Shown here: positions 38,631 to 51,800 of the stretch, in pieces
Numbering within the stretch: the first letter of the stretch is position 1
Layout of the letters: each line of letters starts with the position of its first letter
Assembly (NCBI GenBank): GCA_046563655.1
Contig: CM102290.1
Location: forward strand, 11,036,001 to 11,100,000
Direction of reading: 5' to 3'
DNA from: Yuukianura sp. NJ FZ-2021
Lineage: Eukaryota
Length of the DNA stretch: 64,000 bases
Program-made: the position numbers and the translations under genes
Notes under the pieces: generated by a model
Database searches by the model: none
What the model saw: the letters and a program-made list of their open reading frames with translations, nothing else
What the model was told of the DNA's origin: nothing

Positions 38631-41600
38631 ATGCCAGGGATTTCTATGGTAAACGTATTATGTTGTCTTTTGTGCTTCTACGCGGTGACAGCAAACGAGC
38701 CACCATCATTGCCTACTACAAGTTCGTTGACATCCGCCCCGAGGGCTTCGGAAGGTCAAGGACGCCAAGGCGAGCTGAGAACGCAAGGACTGTTCCCGAA
38801 ACTGTTCGGCTACTTACGCAATGCCTTTAGTCCAGTAGTAGTGAGCGCAGGCGCTGTAACTCAAAGCAGCATTAGTTCCAGTACAACGGAATTATTAGAG
38901 TCCATTCAGGACGATGGGGACGACTACGATGCAAGGAACAGCGATTACCGTGCCTTAGGGCTCCAAATGGATAATAACTTTGACGAGTTCCAGCAGAACG
39001 ATGTCGAGGAAGAACCAGCATCCGGTACTGAAAAAGGTAGGAGATTCAGAATTTTTAGAAATTTTAAAAGCTCCAAAATCAAACATCCAGCTTTTCGTCA
39101 AATTTTGAGAAAAACCATGGACTACAGTCCAAGTCCATGGATTTTTTCGAAATTTGGTCAAAATCTAAGGGTACCTTTTTATATTTTGTAAAAATACTAT
39201 ATATTTTTGTGAATTCAGGGGCGAAGAGTTTACCTTTCTATCGCTTTCCGTTCCCGAGTTATGAATTTTGAAAGTTTTTGAAAATTAAAATGAAATTTTG
39301 AAATTTTATATCTCGTGAACGGAAAGCGATAGAGACCTAATCTCTTCACGAAAAACTTTCAAAAAGTATGAAGAATTTTTAGAAATATTAAAAACTCCAA
39401 AATGGAACATCAAGTTTTTCGTCAAATTTTGAAAAAAACCATGGACTATAGTCCATGGTTTTTTGTGAAATTTCGTCAAAATCTAAGGGTACCTTTTTAT
39501 ATTTTCTAAAAATACTATATATTTTTGTGAATTCAGGGGCGAAGAGTTTACCTTTCTATCGCTTTCCGTTCCCGAGTTATGAATTTTGAAAGTTTTTGAA
39601 AATTAAAATGAAATTTTGAAATTTTATATCTCGTGAACGGAAAGCGATAGAGACCTAATCTCTTCACGAAAAACTTTCAAAAAGTATGAAGAATTTTTAG
39701 AAATATTAAAAACTCCAAAATGGAACATCAAGTTTTTCGTCAAATTTTGAAAAAAACCATGGACTATAGTCCATGGTTTTTTGTGAAATTTCGTCAAAAT
39801 CTAAGGGTACCTTTTTATATTTTCTAAAAATACTCCATATTTTTGTGAATTCAGGGGCGAAGAGTTTACCTTTCTATCGCTTTCCGTTCCCGAGTTATGA
39901 ATTTTGAAAGTTTTTGAAAATTAAAATGAAATTTTGAAATTTTATATCTCGTGAACGGAAAGCGATAGAGACCTAATCTCTTCACGAAAAACTTTCAAAA
40001 AGTATGAAGAATTTTTAGAAATATGAAAAACTCCAAAATGGAACATCAAGTTTTTCGTCAAATTTTGAAAAAAACCATGGACTATAGTCCATGGTTTTTT
40101 TGTGAAATTTCGTCAAAATCTAAGGGTACCTTTTTATATTTTCTAAAAATACTATATATTTTTGTGAATTCAGGGGCGAAGAGTTTACCTTTCTATCGCT
40201 TTCTGTTCCCGAGTTATGAATTTTGAAAGTTTTTGAAAATTAAAATGAAATTTTGAAAATTTATATCTCGAGAACGGAGAACGATAGAAAGCCAATCTCT
40301 TCACGAAAAGGTTTCAATAAATGTGAAGAATTTTTAGAAATTCTGAAAACTCCAAAATGGAACATCAAGTTTTTCGTCAAATTTTGAAAAAAACCATGGA
40401 CTATAGTCCATGGATTTTTTCGAAATTTGGTCAAAATCTGAGGGTACCTTTTTATATTTTGTAAAAATACTATATATTTTTGTGAATTCAGGGGCGAAGA
40501 GTTTACCTTTCTATCGCTTTCTGTTCCCGAGTTATGAATTTTGAAAGTTTTTGAAAATTAAAATGAAATTTTGAAAATTTATATCTCGAGAACGGAGAAC
40601 GATAGAAAGCCAATCTCTTCACGAAAAGGTTTCAATAAATGTGAAGAATTTTTAGAAATTCTGAAAACTCCAAAATGGAACATCAAGTTTTTCGTCAAAT
40701 TTTGAAAAAAACCATGGACTATAGTCCATGGATTTTTTCGAAATTTGGTCAAAATCTGAGGGTACCTTTTTATATTTTCTAAAAATACTATATATTTTTG
40801 TGAATTCAGGGGCGAAGAGTTTACCTTTCTATCGCTTTCCGTTCCCGAGTTATGAATTTTGAAAGTTTTTGAAAATTAAAATGAAATTTTGAAAATTTAT
40901 ATCTCGAGAACGGAGAACGATAGAGAGCCAATCTCTTCACGAAAAGCTTTCAATAAATGTGAAGAATTTTTAGAAATTCTGAAAACTCCAAAATCGAACA
41001 TCAAGTTTTTCGTCAAATTTTGAAAAAAACCATGGACTATAGTCCATGGATTTTTTCGAAATTTGGTCAAAATCTGAGGGTACCTTTTTATATTTTCTAA
41101 AAATACTATATATTTTTGTGAATTCAGGGGCGAAGAGTTTACCTTTCTATCGCTTTCCGTTCCCGAGTTATGAATTTTGAAAGTTTTTGAAAATTAAAAT
41201 GAAATTTTGAAAATTTATATCTCGAGAACGGAGAACGATAGAGAGCCAATCTCTTCACGAAAAAGTTTCAATAAATGTGAAGAATTTTTAGAAATTCTGA
41301 AAACTCCAAAATCGAACATCAAGTTTTTCGTCAAATTTTGAAAAAAACCATGGACTATAGTCCATGGTTTTTTGTGAAATTTGGTCAAAATCTAAGGGTA
41401 CCTTTTTATATTTTCTAAAAATACTATATATTTTTGTGAATTCAGGGGCGAAGAGTTTACCTTTCTATCGCTTTCCGTTCCCGAGTTATGAATTTTGAAA
41501 GTTTTTGAAAATTAAAATGAAACTTTGAAAATTTATATGTCGAGAACGGAGAACGATAGAGAGCCAATCTCTTCACGAAAAAGTTTCAATAAATGTGAAG

Positions 41601-44596
41601 AATTTTTAGAAATTTTGAAAACTCCAAAATGGAACATCAAGTTTTTCGTCAAATTTTGAAAAAAACCATGGACTATAGTCCATGGTTTTTTGTGAAATTT
41701 GGTCAAAATCTAAGGGTACCTTTTTATATTTTCTAAAAATACTATATATTTTTGTGAATTCAGGGGCGAAGAGTTTACCTTTCTATCGCTTTCCGTTCCC
41801 GAGTTATGAATTTTGAAAGTTTTTGAAAATTAAAATGAAACTTTGAAAATTTATATGTCGAGAACGGAGAACGATAGAGAGCCAATCTCTTCACGAAAAG
41901 GTTTCAATAAATGTGAAGAATTTTTAGAAATTCTGAAAACTCCAAAATCGAACATCACGTTTTTCGTCAAATTTTGAAAAAAACCATGGACTATAGTCCA
42001 TGGATTTTTTCGAAATTTGGTCAAAATCTAAGGGTACCTTTTTATATTTTCTAAAAATACTATATATTTTTGTGAATTCAGGGGCGAAGAGTTTACCTTT
42101 CTATCGCTTTCCGTTCCCGAGTTATGAATTTTGAAAGTTTTTGAAAATTAAAATGAAATTTTGAAAATTTATATCTCGAGAACGGAGAACGATAGAGAGC
42201 CAATCTCTTCACGAAAAGGTTTCAATAAATGTGAAGAATTTTTAGAAATTCTGAAAACTCCAAAATCGAACATCACGTTTTTCGTCAAATTTTGAAAAAA
42301 ACCATGGACTATAGTCCATGGATTTTTTCGAAATTTGGTCAAAATCTAAGGGTACCTTTTTATATTTTGTAAAAATACTATATATTTTTGTGAATTCAGG
42401 GGCGAAGAGTTTACCTTTCTATCGCTTTCCGTTCCCGAGTTATGAATTTTGAAAGTTTTTGAAAATTAAAATGAAATTTTGAAAATTTATATCTCGAGAA
42501 CGGAGAACGATAGAGAGCCAATCTCTTCACGAAAAGGTTTCAATAAATGTGAAGAATTTTTAGAAATTCTGAAAACTCCAAAATCGAACATCACGTTTTT
42601 CGTCAAATTTTGAAAAAAACCATGGACTATAGTCCATGGTTTTTTGTGAAATTTGGTCAAAATCTAAGGGTACCTTTTTATATTTTCTAAAAATACTATA
42701 TATTTTTGTGAATTCAGGGGCGAAGAGTTTACCTTTCTATCGCTTTCCGTTCCCGAGTTATGAATTTTGAAAGTTTTTGAAAATTAAAATGAAACTTTTG
42801 AAAATTTATATGTCGAGAACGGAGAACGATAGAGAGCCAATCTCTTCACGAAAAGGTTTCAATAAATGTGAAGAATTTTTAGAAATTCTGAAAACTCCAA
42901 AATCGAACATCACGTTTTTCGTCAAATTTTGAAAAAAACCATGGACTATAGTCCATGGATTTTTTCGAAATTTGGTCAAAATCTAAGGGTACCTTTTTAT
43001 ATTTTCTAAAAATACTATATATTTTTGTGAATTCAGGGGCGAAGAGTTTACCTTTCTATCGCTTTCCGTTCCCGAGTTATGAATTTTGAGAGTTTTTGAA
43101 AATTAAAATGAAATTTTGAAAATTTATATCTCGAGAACGGAGAACGATAGAGAGCCAATCTCTTCACGAAAAGGTTTCAATAAATGTGAAGAATTTTTAG
43201 AAATTTTGAAAACTCCAAAATGGAACATCAAGTCTTTCATCAAATTTTGACGGTAAAAATCGGTAAGGGTACCTTTTTATATTTTCTAAAAATACTCTCT
43301 TCTCAATTTTCGGGGTGGCCTGCTAAAACACTTGTCCAATTCATCCCAGTAGTTTCGAATGAGTTGAAGGATACATTCAGATAAACAAGGGCGGGATTTA
43401 TATTAATTATATTTCACGTTATTTATAACAGACTCTGTTATTAACAGAAGCTTTATAATTTCGGTTTTAAGAATCTTCATTGCTTCAGGGCGTGACTTTG
43501 AAACTACTACTGCAAATGGAACGGACGAATGGCGTGGGATGCCCATCTATTTATTCCAGGGTCAGTACTTAGCTGAGCCACGTCTCAATCGCTTTGTCGA
43601 TGGAGCTATGGAAAACCTTGGACAGGAAATCAAGTCAGCCGCGTTGGATCCCATTTACTTTAAGGTTCTACCCAAAGGAAGAGTTGCGTAAGTACTAGCC
43701 AGAGGTCAATTTATGGGAAGCAAGAAGCAATTGACCTACCTAACCTAAACTAAACGGAAATTACGAATTTCCAGGAGCAGGCCCAAACCAGTCAGACGAA
43801 TTCCTGTAAAACCCGCGAGAAGGCGTAGCAGGAGACCAGTGCGCCGTGGCATTCAAAGAGGTCAAACGTTCTTTACTGGAAGGAGACTCAACTTTGCAGA
43901 AGACCATGAAACTGACACTGGTAGGCAGTTGCAGCGTAGGCCTGCGGCAACTGCGCAGGCTCAAAGTCAAAAGCAACAAGCGAGAAATCAAGTCGTTGGG
44001 GCAGGACGAGTTGAAGGTTTGAGTAAAGTTCTGCGAGATGGAGATGCCGAAATGCAACTGTTTGGAAACTATACGCTGGTAAAAATTTATTCTTCTTAAA
44101 ATGCTTATAGTCTTTAATTAAATCGTCAGGATTTGAATCATCAGAAACCAATTTATATTTTTTAGATCCGATCACATTACAACATGGGACCACTGAATCT
44201 GGTGATGCAGTTTCGAACTATTCGAGGCATGCGTCGTGCAGATGCGAATTTAGAAAGAGTGAAAATTCATACTGTAACTCGCGTGAATACACAAGGTTGT
44301 GAAATGATCGACTTTCTCCTCGACAGGTAGATTCTTAAATAAAATTGTGTATCACAAATTTTAAGTTAAAAAAAAGTTTTTTGGGAGGTTAATGTCAACC
44401 TATTGTTAATTTTTTGTAAATTTATTTAATTAGGCCGCATCCAGAGACAATTGAAATTCGAGGTCAATTGTTCCCAATGGCACAACGAGTGGCTAAAAAT
44501 GTTTTCTCTAGGCTTTTTGATGGCGAATCTTTTCTCGTTGCTCGAATTCGGGAGAAAACTGGTTTAGCTCTTCTGTCCAAGAAAACTTCGTTCTAA
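38631..44596 (+). CDS. Secreted ~410-aa protein with a Der p 7 (group 7 allergen)/TULIP-like C-terminal region. Exons 38631-39036, 43489-43687, 43775-44078, 44166-44326, 44434-44596
   Basis: Signal-peptide-like start [21 protein letters not shown]; five exons join in frame with GT-AG sites to TAA at 44594-44596. The motifs NRFVDGAMENLGQEIKSAALDPI and GRVEGLSKVLRDGD resemble group-7-allergen-like proteins (family call from memory, ~0.5). Confidence 0.8.
39049..43297. repeat. 318-bp satellite, ~13.3 tandem copies, filling intron 1 of the secreted-protein gene; each unit has two inverted repeats
   Basis: GAATTCAGGGG recurs at 39211, 39529, 39847, 40166, 40484, 40802, 41120, 41438, 41756, 42074, 42392, 42710 and 43029. 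Confidence 0.97.
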
Positions 44597-45424
44597 ATTT
44601 ATACATGTGTTTGGAAAGTACTAAAACAAAGTCTCAGTGTTTTTTTTTTTTTTTTCAAAAAAAAAAAAAAAAATTTCTAAAAACTGGAAAGCAATCACCC
44701 CATATAATAACCTGCTCTCGCTCGTTCAATTGACTAGGGAAATACAAAATATAGTAAAACACTTATTACTACAGCAGTCGACGTTTTGAAGCTTAACAAA
44801 TTCTCTTTGAATTTGGAATAAACAAATCATAGACTGTTAATCTTAACTTAAGTTCAACTGTATAATATTTAATAATAAAACTTTTAACCTGGGGTCAAAC
44901 TTCATTCTTTAAGTACAAAATTTGTCGAAGCAGTAAACTGAAGGTATAAAAACGAATAGTGATACGCCTATCCTGAAAATTTAGTGTCTTTCTAAAGAAA
45001 GAAAAGATGTTTGGTGATAAATGTTCAAGGTTTGGCACCCAACTCCAAATTTTTTCTCAGAATTTTAATTGAATCAATTTCACTTTCCCATCTTTGTTCA
45101 AACTCATTCTAAGCAATTTGTTCCAAACAGAAAATAATAAAAATCCGGTTATGATTTGCGCTCGAAGCAGGAAACGTTTGTTCAAGAAAGCCTGAGATGC
45201 GTTACCGCTTATCATACGGAGGAATGACGAATGTGCAGGCTGCTCGGTCGTAAAAAGTCTGCCCACTACTAAACCAGAACAAGAACAGAACAGACAAAGA
45301 TGCTCAAAATCGTTCCAAACTTTTTTCTTCAATATTTACACGTTCATAGAGTCGAAAGAAGCGACGCTTGAGGCTGCTCCATACGCTAGAAAGCTATGAG
45401 GGGAGAAAACCCGCAAAATTCCTC

Positions 45425-45710
45425 TACAGAATTACATCTGCATTTCCTGATGTGTCAAATTCGAGACATCTGAAATAACAAAAACGCAACAGAAATCCAG
45501 ATATGTGAAATTAAACACGTCTCAAATCACAAAAAGACAACAGGAATCCTGATGTGTCAAATTTGAGATGTGTGAAAATAAAAATAGAACACAAATCCTA
45601 ACATGTCAATTTGAGATGTATCTCGCCTCATCCGCTTTTTCAGATGTGTGAAATTGAGGCGTCTCAATTCCTCATGTCTCATGTGTCAATTTGAGATGTG
45701 TTTTTGGTGC
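45425..45710. repeat. Degenerate ~50-bp repeat block (core GATGTGTCAAATTTGAGA), possibly a decayed MITE
   Basis: Variants of ctgatgtgtcaaatt near 45447, 45498, 45549, 45598, 45641 and 45680. Confidence 0.5.
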
Positions 45711-45861
45711 AGGTGGTTGAGCTAAGCCACAGTCGAATCCGTTGTATACACCCACATCATTTACCCTCACCAGTATATATTTATAATGTATATATATGGT
45801 ATATATTTAAAATACATATGGTATATATTTAAAATACATATGGTATATATTTATAATATAT

Positions 45862-48800
45862 ATGCATATGTAAATGCATATGTAAATGCATATGTAAATG
45901 CATATGTAAATGCATATGTAAATGCATATGTAAATGCATATGTAAATGCATATGTAAATGCATATGTAAATGCATATGTAAATGCATATGTAAATGCATA
46001 TGTAAATGCATATGTAAATGCATATGTAAATGCATATGTAAATGCATATGTAAATGCATATGTAAATGCATATGTAAATGCATATGTAAATGCATATGTA
46101 AATGCATATGTAAATGCATATGTAAATGCATATGTAAATGCATATGTAAATGCATATGTAAATGCATATGTAAATGCATATGTAAATGCATATGTAAATG
46201 CATATGTAAATGCATATGTAAATGCATATGTAAATGCATATGTAAATGCATATGTAAATGCATATGTAAATGCATATGTAAATGCATATGTAAATGCATA
46301 TGTAAATGCATATGTAAATGCATATGTAAATGCATATGTAAATGCATATGTAAATGCATATGTAAATGCATATGTAAATGCATATGTAAATGCATATGTA
46401 AATGCATATGTAAATGCATATGTAAATGCATATGTAAATGCATATGTAAATGCATATGTAAATGCATATGTAAATGCATATGTAAATGCATATGTAAATG
46501 CATATGTAAATGCATATGTAAATGCATATGTAAATGCATATGTAAATGCATATGTAAATGCATATGTAAATGCATATGTAAATGCATATGTAAATGCATA
46601 TGTAAATGCATATGTAAATGCATATGTAAATGCATATGTAAATGCATATGTAAATGCATATGTAAATGCATATGTAAATGCATATGTAAATGCATATGTA
46701 AATGCATATGTAAATGCATATGTAAATGCATATGTAAATGCATATGTAAATGCATATGTAAATGCATATGTAAATGCATATGTAAATGCATATGTAAATG
46801 CATATGTAAATGCATATGTAAATGCATATGTAAATGCATATGTAAATGCATATGTAAATGCATATGTAAATGCATATGTAAATGCATATGTAAATGCATA
46901 TGTAAATGCATATGTAAATGCATATGTAAATGCATATGTAAATGCATATGTAAATGCATATGTAAATGCATATGTAAATGCATATGTAAATGCATATGTA
47001 AATGCATATGTAAATGCATATGTAAATGCATATGTAAATGCATATGTAAATGCATATGTAAATGCATATGTAAATGCATATGTAAATGCATATGTAAATG
47101 CATATGTAAATGCATATGTAAATGCATATGTAAATGCATATGTAAATGCATATGTAAATGCATATGTAAATGCATATGTAAATGCATATGTAAATGCATA
47201 TGTAAATGCATATGTAAATGCATATGTAAATGCATATGTAAATGCATATGTAAATGCATATGTAAATGCATATGTAAATGCATATGTAAATGCATATGTA
47301 AATGCATATGTAAATGCATATGTAAATGCATATGTAAATGCATATGTAAATGCATATGTAAATGCATATGTAAATGCATATGTAAATGCATATGTAAATG
47401 CATATGTAAATGCATATGTAAATGCATATGTAAATGCATATGTAAATGCATATGTAAATGCATATGTAAATGCATATGTAAATGCATATGTAAATGCATA
47501 TGTAAATGCATATGTAAATGCATATGTAAATGCATATGTAAATGCATATGTAAATGCATATGTAAATGCATATGTAAATGCATATGTAAATGCATATGTA
47601 AATGCATATGTAAATGCATATGTAAATGCATATGTAAATGCATATGTAAATGCATATGTAAATGCATATGTAAATGCATATGTAAATGCATATGTAAATG
47701 CATATGTAAATGCATATGTAAATGCATATGTAAATGCATATGTAAATGCATATGTAAATGCATATGTAAATGCATATGTAAATGCATATGTAAATGCATA
47801 TGTAAATGCATATGTAAATGCATATGTAAATGCATATGTAAATGCATATGTAAATGCATATGTAAATGCATATGTAAATGCATATGTAAATGCATATGTA
47901 AATGCATATGTAAATGCATATGTAAATGCATATGTAAATGCATATGTAAATGCATATGTAAATGCATATGTAAATGCATATGTAAATGCATATGTAAATG
48001 CATATGTAAATGCATATGTAAATGCATATGTAAATGCATATGTAAATGCATATGTAAATGCATATGTAAATGCATATGTAAATGCATATGTAAATGCATA
48101 TGTAAATGCATATGTAAATGCATATGTAAATGCATATGTAAATGCATATGTAAATGCATATGTAAATGCATATGTAAATGCATATGTAAATGCATATGTA
48201 AATGCATATGTAAATGCATATGTAAATGCATATGTAAATGCATATGTAAATGCATATGTAAATGCATATGTAAATGCATATGTAAATGCATATGTAAATG
48301 CATATGTAAATGCATATGTAAATGCATATGTAAATGCATATGTAAATGCATATGTAAATGCATATGTAAATGCATATGTAAATGCATATGTAAATGCATA
48401 TGTAAATGCATATGTAAATGCATATGTAAATGCATATGTAAATGCATATGTAAATGCATATGTAAATGCATATGTAAATGCATATGTAAATGCATATGTA
48501 AATGCATATGTAAATGCATATGTAAATGCATATGTAAATGCATATGTAAATGCATATGTAAATGCATATGTAAATGCATATGTAAATGCATATGTAAATG
48601 CATATGTAAATGCATATGTAAATGCATATGTAAATGCATATGTAAATGCATATGTAAATGCATATGTAAATGCATATGTAAATGCATATGTAAATGCATA
48701 TGTAAATGCATATGTAAATGCATATGTAAATGCATATGTAAATGCATATGTAAATGCATATGTAAATGCATATGTAAATGCATATGTAAATGCATATGTA

Positions 48801-51800
48801 AATGCATATGTAAATGCATATGTAAATGCATATGTAAATGCATATGTAAATGCATATGTAAATGCATATGTAAATGCATATGTAAATGCATATGTAAATG
48901 CATATGTAAATGCATATGTAAATGCATATGTAAATGCATATGTAAATGCATATGTAAATGCATATGTAAATGCATATGTAAATGCATATGTAAATGCATA
49001 TGTAAATGCATATGTAAATGCATATGTAAATGCATATGTAAATGCATATGTAAATGCATATGTAAATGCATATGTAAATGCATATGTAAATGCATATGTA
49101 AATGCATATGTAAATGCATATGTAAATGCATATGTAAATGCATATGTAAATGCATATGTAAATGCATATGTAAATGCATATGTAAATGCATATGTAAATG
49201 CATATGTAAATGCATATGTAAATGCATATGTAAATGCATATGTAAATGCATATGTAAATGCATATGTAAATGCATATGTAAATGCATATGTAAATGCATA
49301 TGTAAATGCATATGTAAATGCATATGTAAATGCATATGTAAATGCATATGTAAATGCATATGTAAATGCATATGTAAATGCATATGTAAATGCATATGTA
49401 AATGCATATGTAAATGCATATGTAAATGCATATGTAAATGCATATGTAAATGCATATGTAAATGCATATGTAAATGCATATGTAAATGCATATGTAAATG
49501 CATATGTAAATGCATATGTAAATGCATATGTAAATGCATATGTAAATGCATATGTAAATGCATATGTAAATGCATATGTAAATGCATATGTAAATGCATA
49601 TGTAAATGCATATGTAAATGCATATGTAAATGCATATGTAAATGCATATGTAAATGCATATGTAAATGCATATGTAAATGCATATGTAAATGCATATGTA
49701 AATGCATATGTAAATGCATATGTAAATGCATATGTAAATGCATATGTAAATGCATATGTAAATGCATATGTAAATGCATATGTAAATGCATATGTAAATG
49801 CATATGTAAATGCATATGTAAATGCATATGTAAATGCATATGTAAATGCATATGTAAATGCATATGTATATGCATATGTAAATGCATATGTAAATGCATA
49901 TGTAAATGCATATGTAAATGCATATGTAAATGCATATGTAAATGCATATGTAAATGCATATGTAAATGCATATGTAAATGCATATGTAAATGCATATGTA
50001 AATGCATATGTAAATGCATATGTAAATGCATATGTAAATGCATATGTAAATGCATATGTAAATGCATATGTAAATGCATATGTAAACGCATTACGTAAAC
50101 GCACATGTAAACGCATACGTAAACGCATATGTAAACGCATACGTAAACGCATACGTAAACGCATATGTAAACGCATTACGTAAACGCATTACGTAAACGC
50201 ATACGTAAACGCACATGTAAACGCATATGTAAACGCATATGTAAACGCATACGTAAACGCATATGTAAACGCATTATGTAAACGCATACGTAAACGCACA
50301 TGTAAACGCATATGTAAACGCATACGTAAACGCATATGTAAACGCATTACGTAAACGCATATGTAAACGCATACGTAAACGCATATGTAAACGCATATGT
50401 AAACGCATATGTAAACGCATATGTAAACGCATATGTAAACGCATACGTAAACGCATTACGTAAAACGCATACGTAAACGCACATGTAAACGCATATGTAA
50501 ACGCATACGTAAACGCATGCATACGTAAACGCATATGTAAACGCACATGTAAACGCATACGTAAACGCATATGTAAATGCATATGTAAATGCATATGTAA
50601 ATGCATATGTAAACGCATATGTAAACGCATATGTAAACGCATATGTAAACGCATATGTAAACGCATATGTAAATGCATATGTAAACGCATATGTAAATGC
50701 ATATGTAAACGCATATGTAAACGCATACGTAAATGCATATGTAAACGCATACGTAAACGCACATGTAAACGCATTACGTAAACGCATATGTAAACGCATA
50801 CGTAAACGCATATGTAAACGCATACGTAAACGCATATGTAAACGCATACGTAAACGCATACGTAAACGCACATGTAAACGCATATGTAACGCATATGTAA
50901 ACGCATATGTAAACGCATATGTAAACGCATATGTAAACGCATACGTAAACGCATACGTAAACGCACATGTAAACGCATATGTAAACGCATACGCATAAAC
51001 GCATATGTAAACGCATACGTAAACGCATACGTAAACGCATATGGTAAACGCATATGTAAACGCATACGTAAACGCATACGTAAACGCATATGTAAACGCA
51101 TACGTAAACGCATGCGCATACGTAAACGCATACGTAAACGCATATGTAAACGCACATGTAAACGCATACGTAAACGCATATGTAAACGCATATGTAAACG
51201 CATACGTAAACGCATACGTAAACGCATTACGTAAACGCATTACGTGTAAACGCACATGTAAACGCATATGTAAACGCATTACGTAAACGCACATGTAAAT
51301 GCATATGTAAACGCATATGTAAACGCACATGTAAACGCATACGTAAACGCATATGTAAACGCATATGTAAACGCATACGCACATGTAAACGCATATGTAA
51401 ACGCATACGTAAACGCATATGTAAACGCATTACGTAAACGCATACGTAAACGCATACGTAAACGCATATGTAAACGCATACGTAAACGCATACGTAAACG
51501 CACATGTAAACGCATACGTAAACGCACATGTAAACGCATATGTAAACGCATACGTAAACGCATATCGCATGTAAACGTACATGTAAACGCATATGTAAAC
51601 GCATATGTAACGCATTACGTAAACGCACATGTAAACATATGTAAACGCATACAAAAACGCATTACGTAAAACGCATATGTAAACGCATATGTAAACGCAT
51701 ATGTAAACGCATATGTAAACGCATGCGTAAACGCATATGTAAACGCATACGTAAACGCATATGTAAACGCATATGTAAACGCATACGTAAACGCATATGT

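Noticed and set aside
39037..39191. C-terminal part of ORF 38589-39191
   Set aside because: Read-through past the splice donor at 39037 into satellite sequence; the spliced model continues at 43489.
39049..43297. CRISPR-like array suggested by regularly spaced palindromes
   Set aside because: The sequence between palindromes is near-identical rather than unique spacers, the context is eukaryotic, and no cas genes are present.
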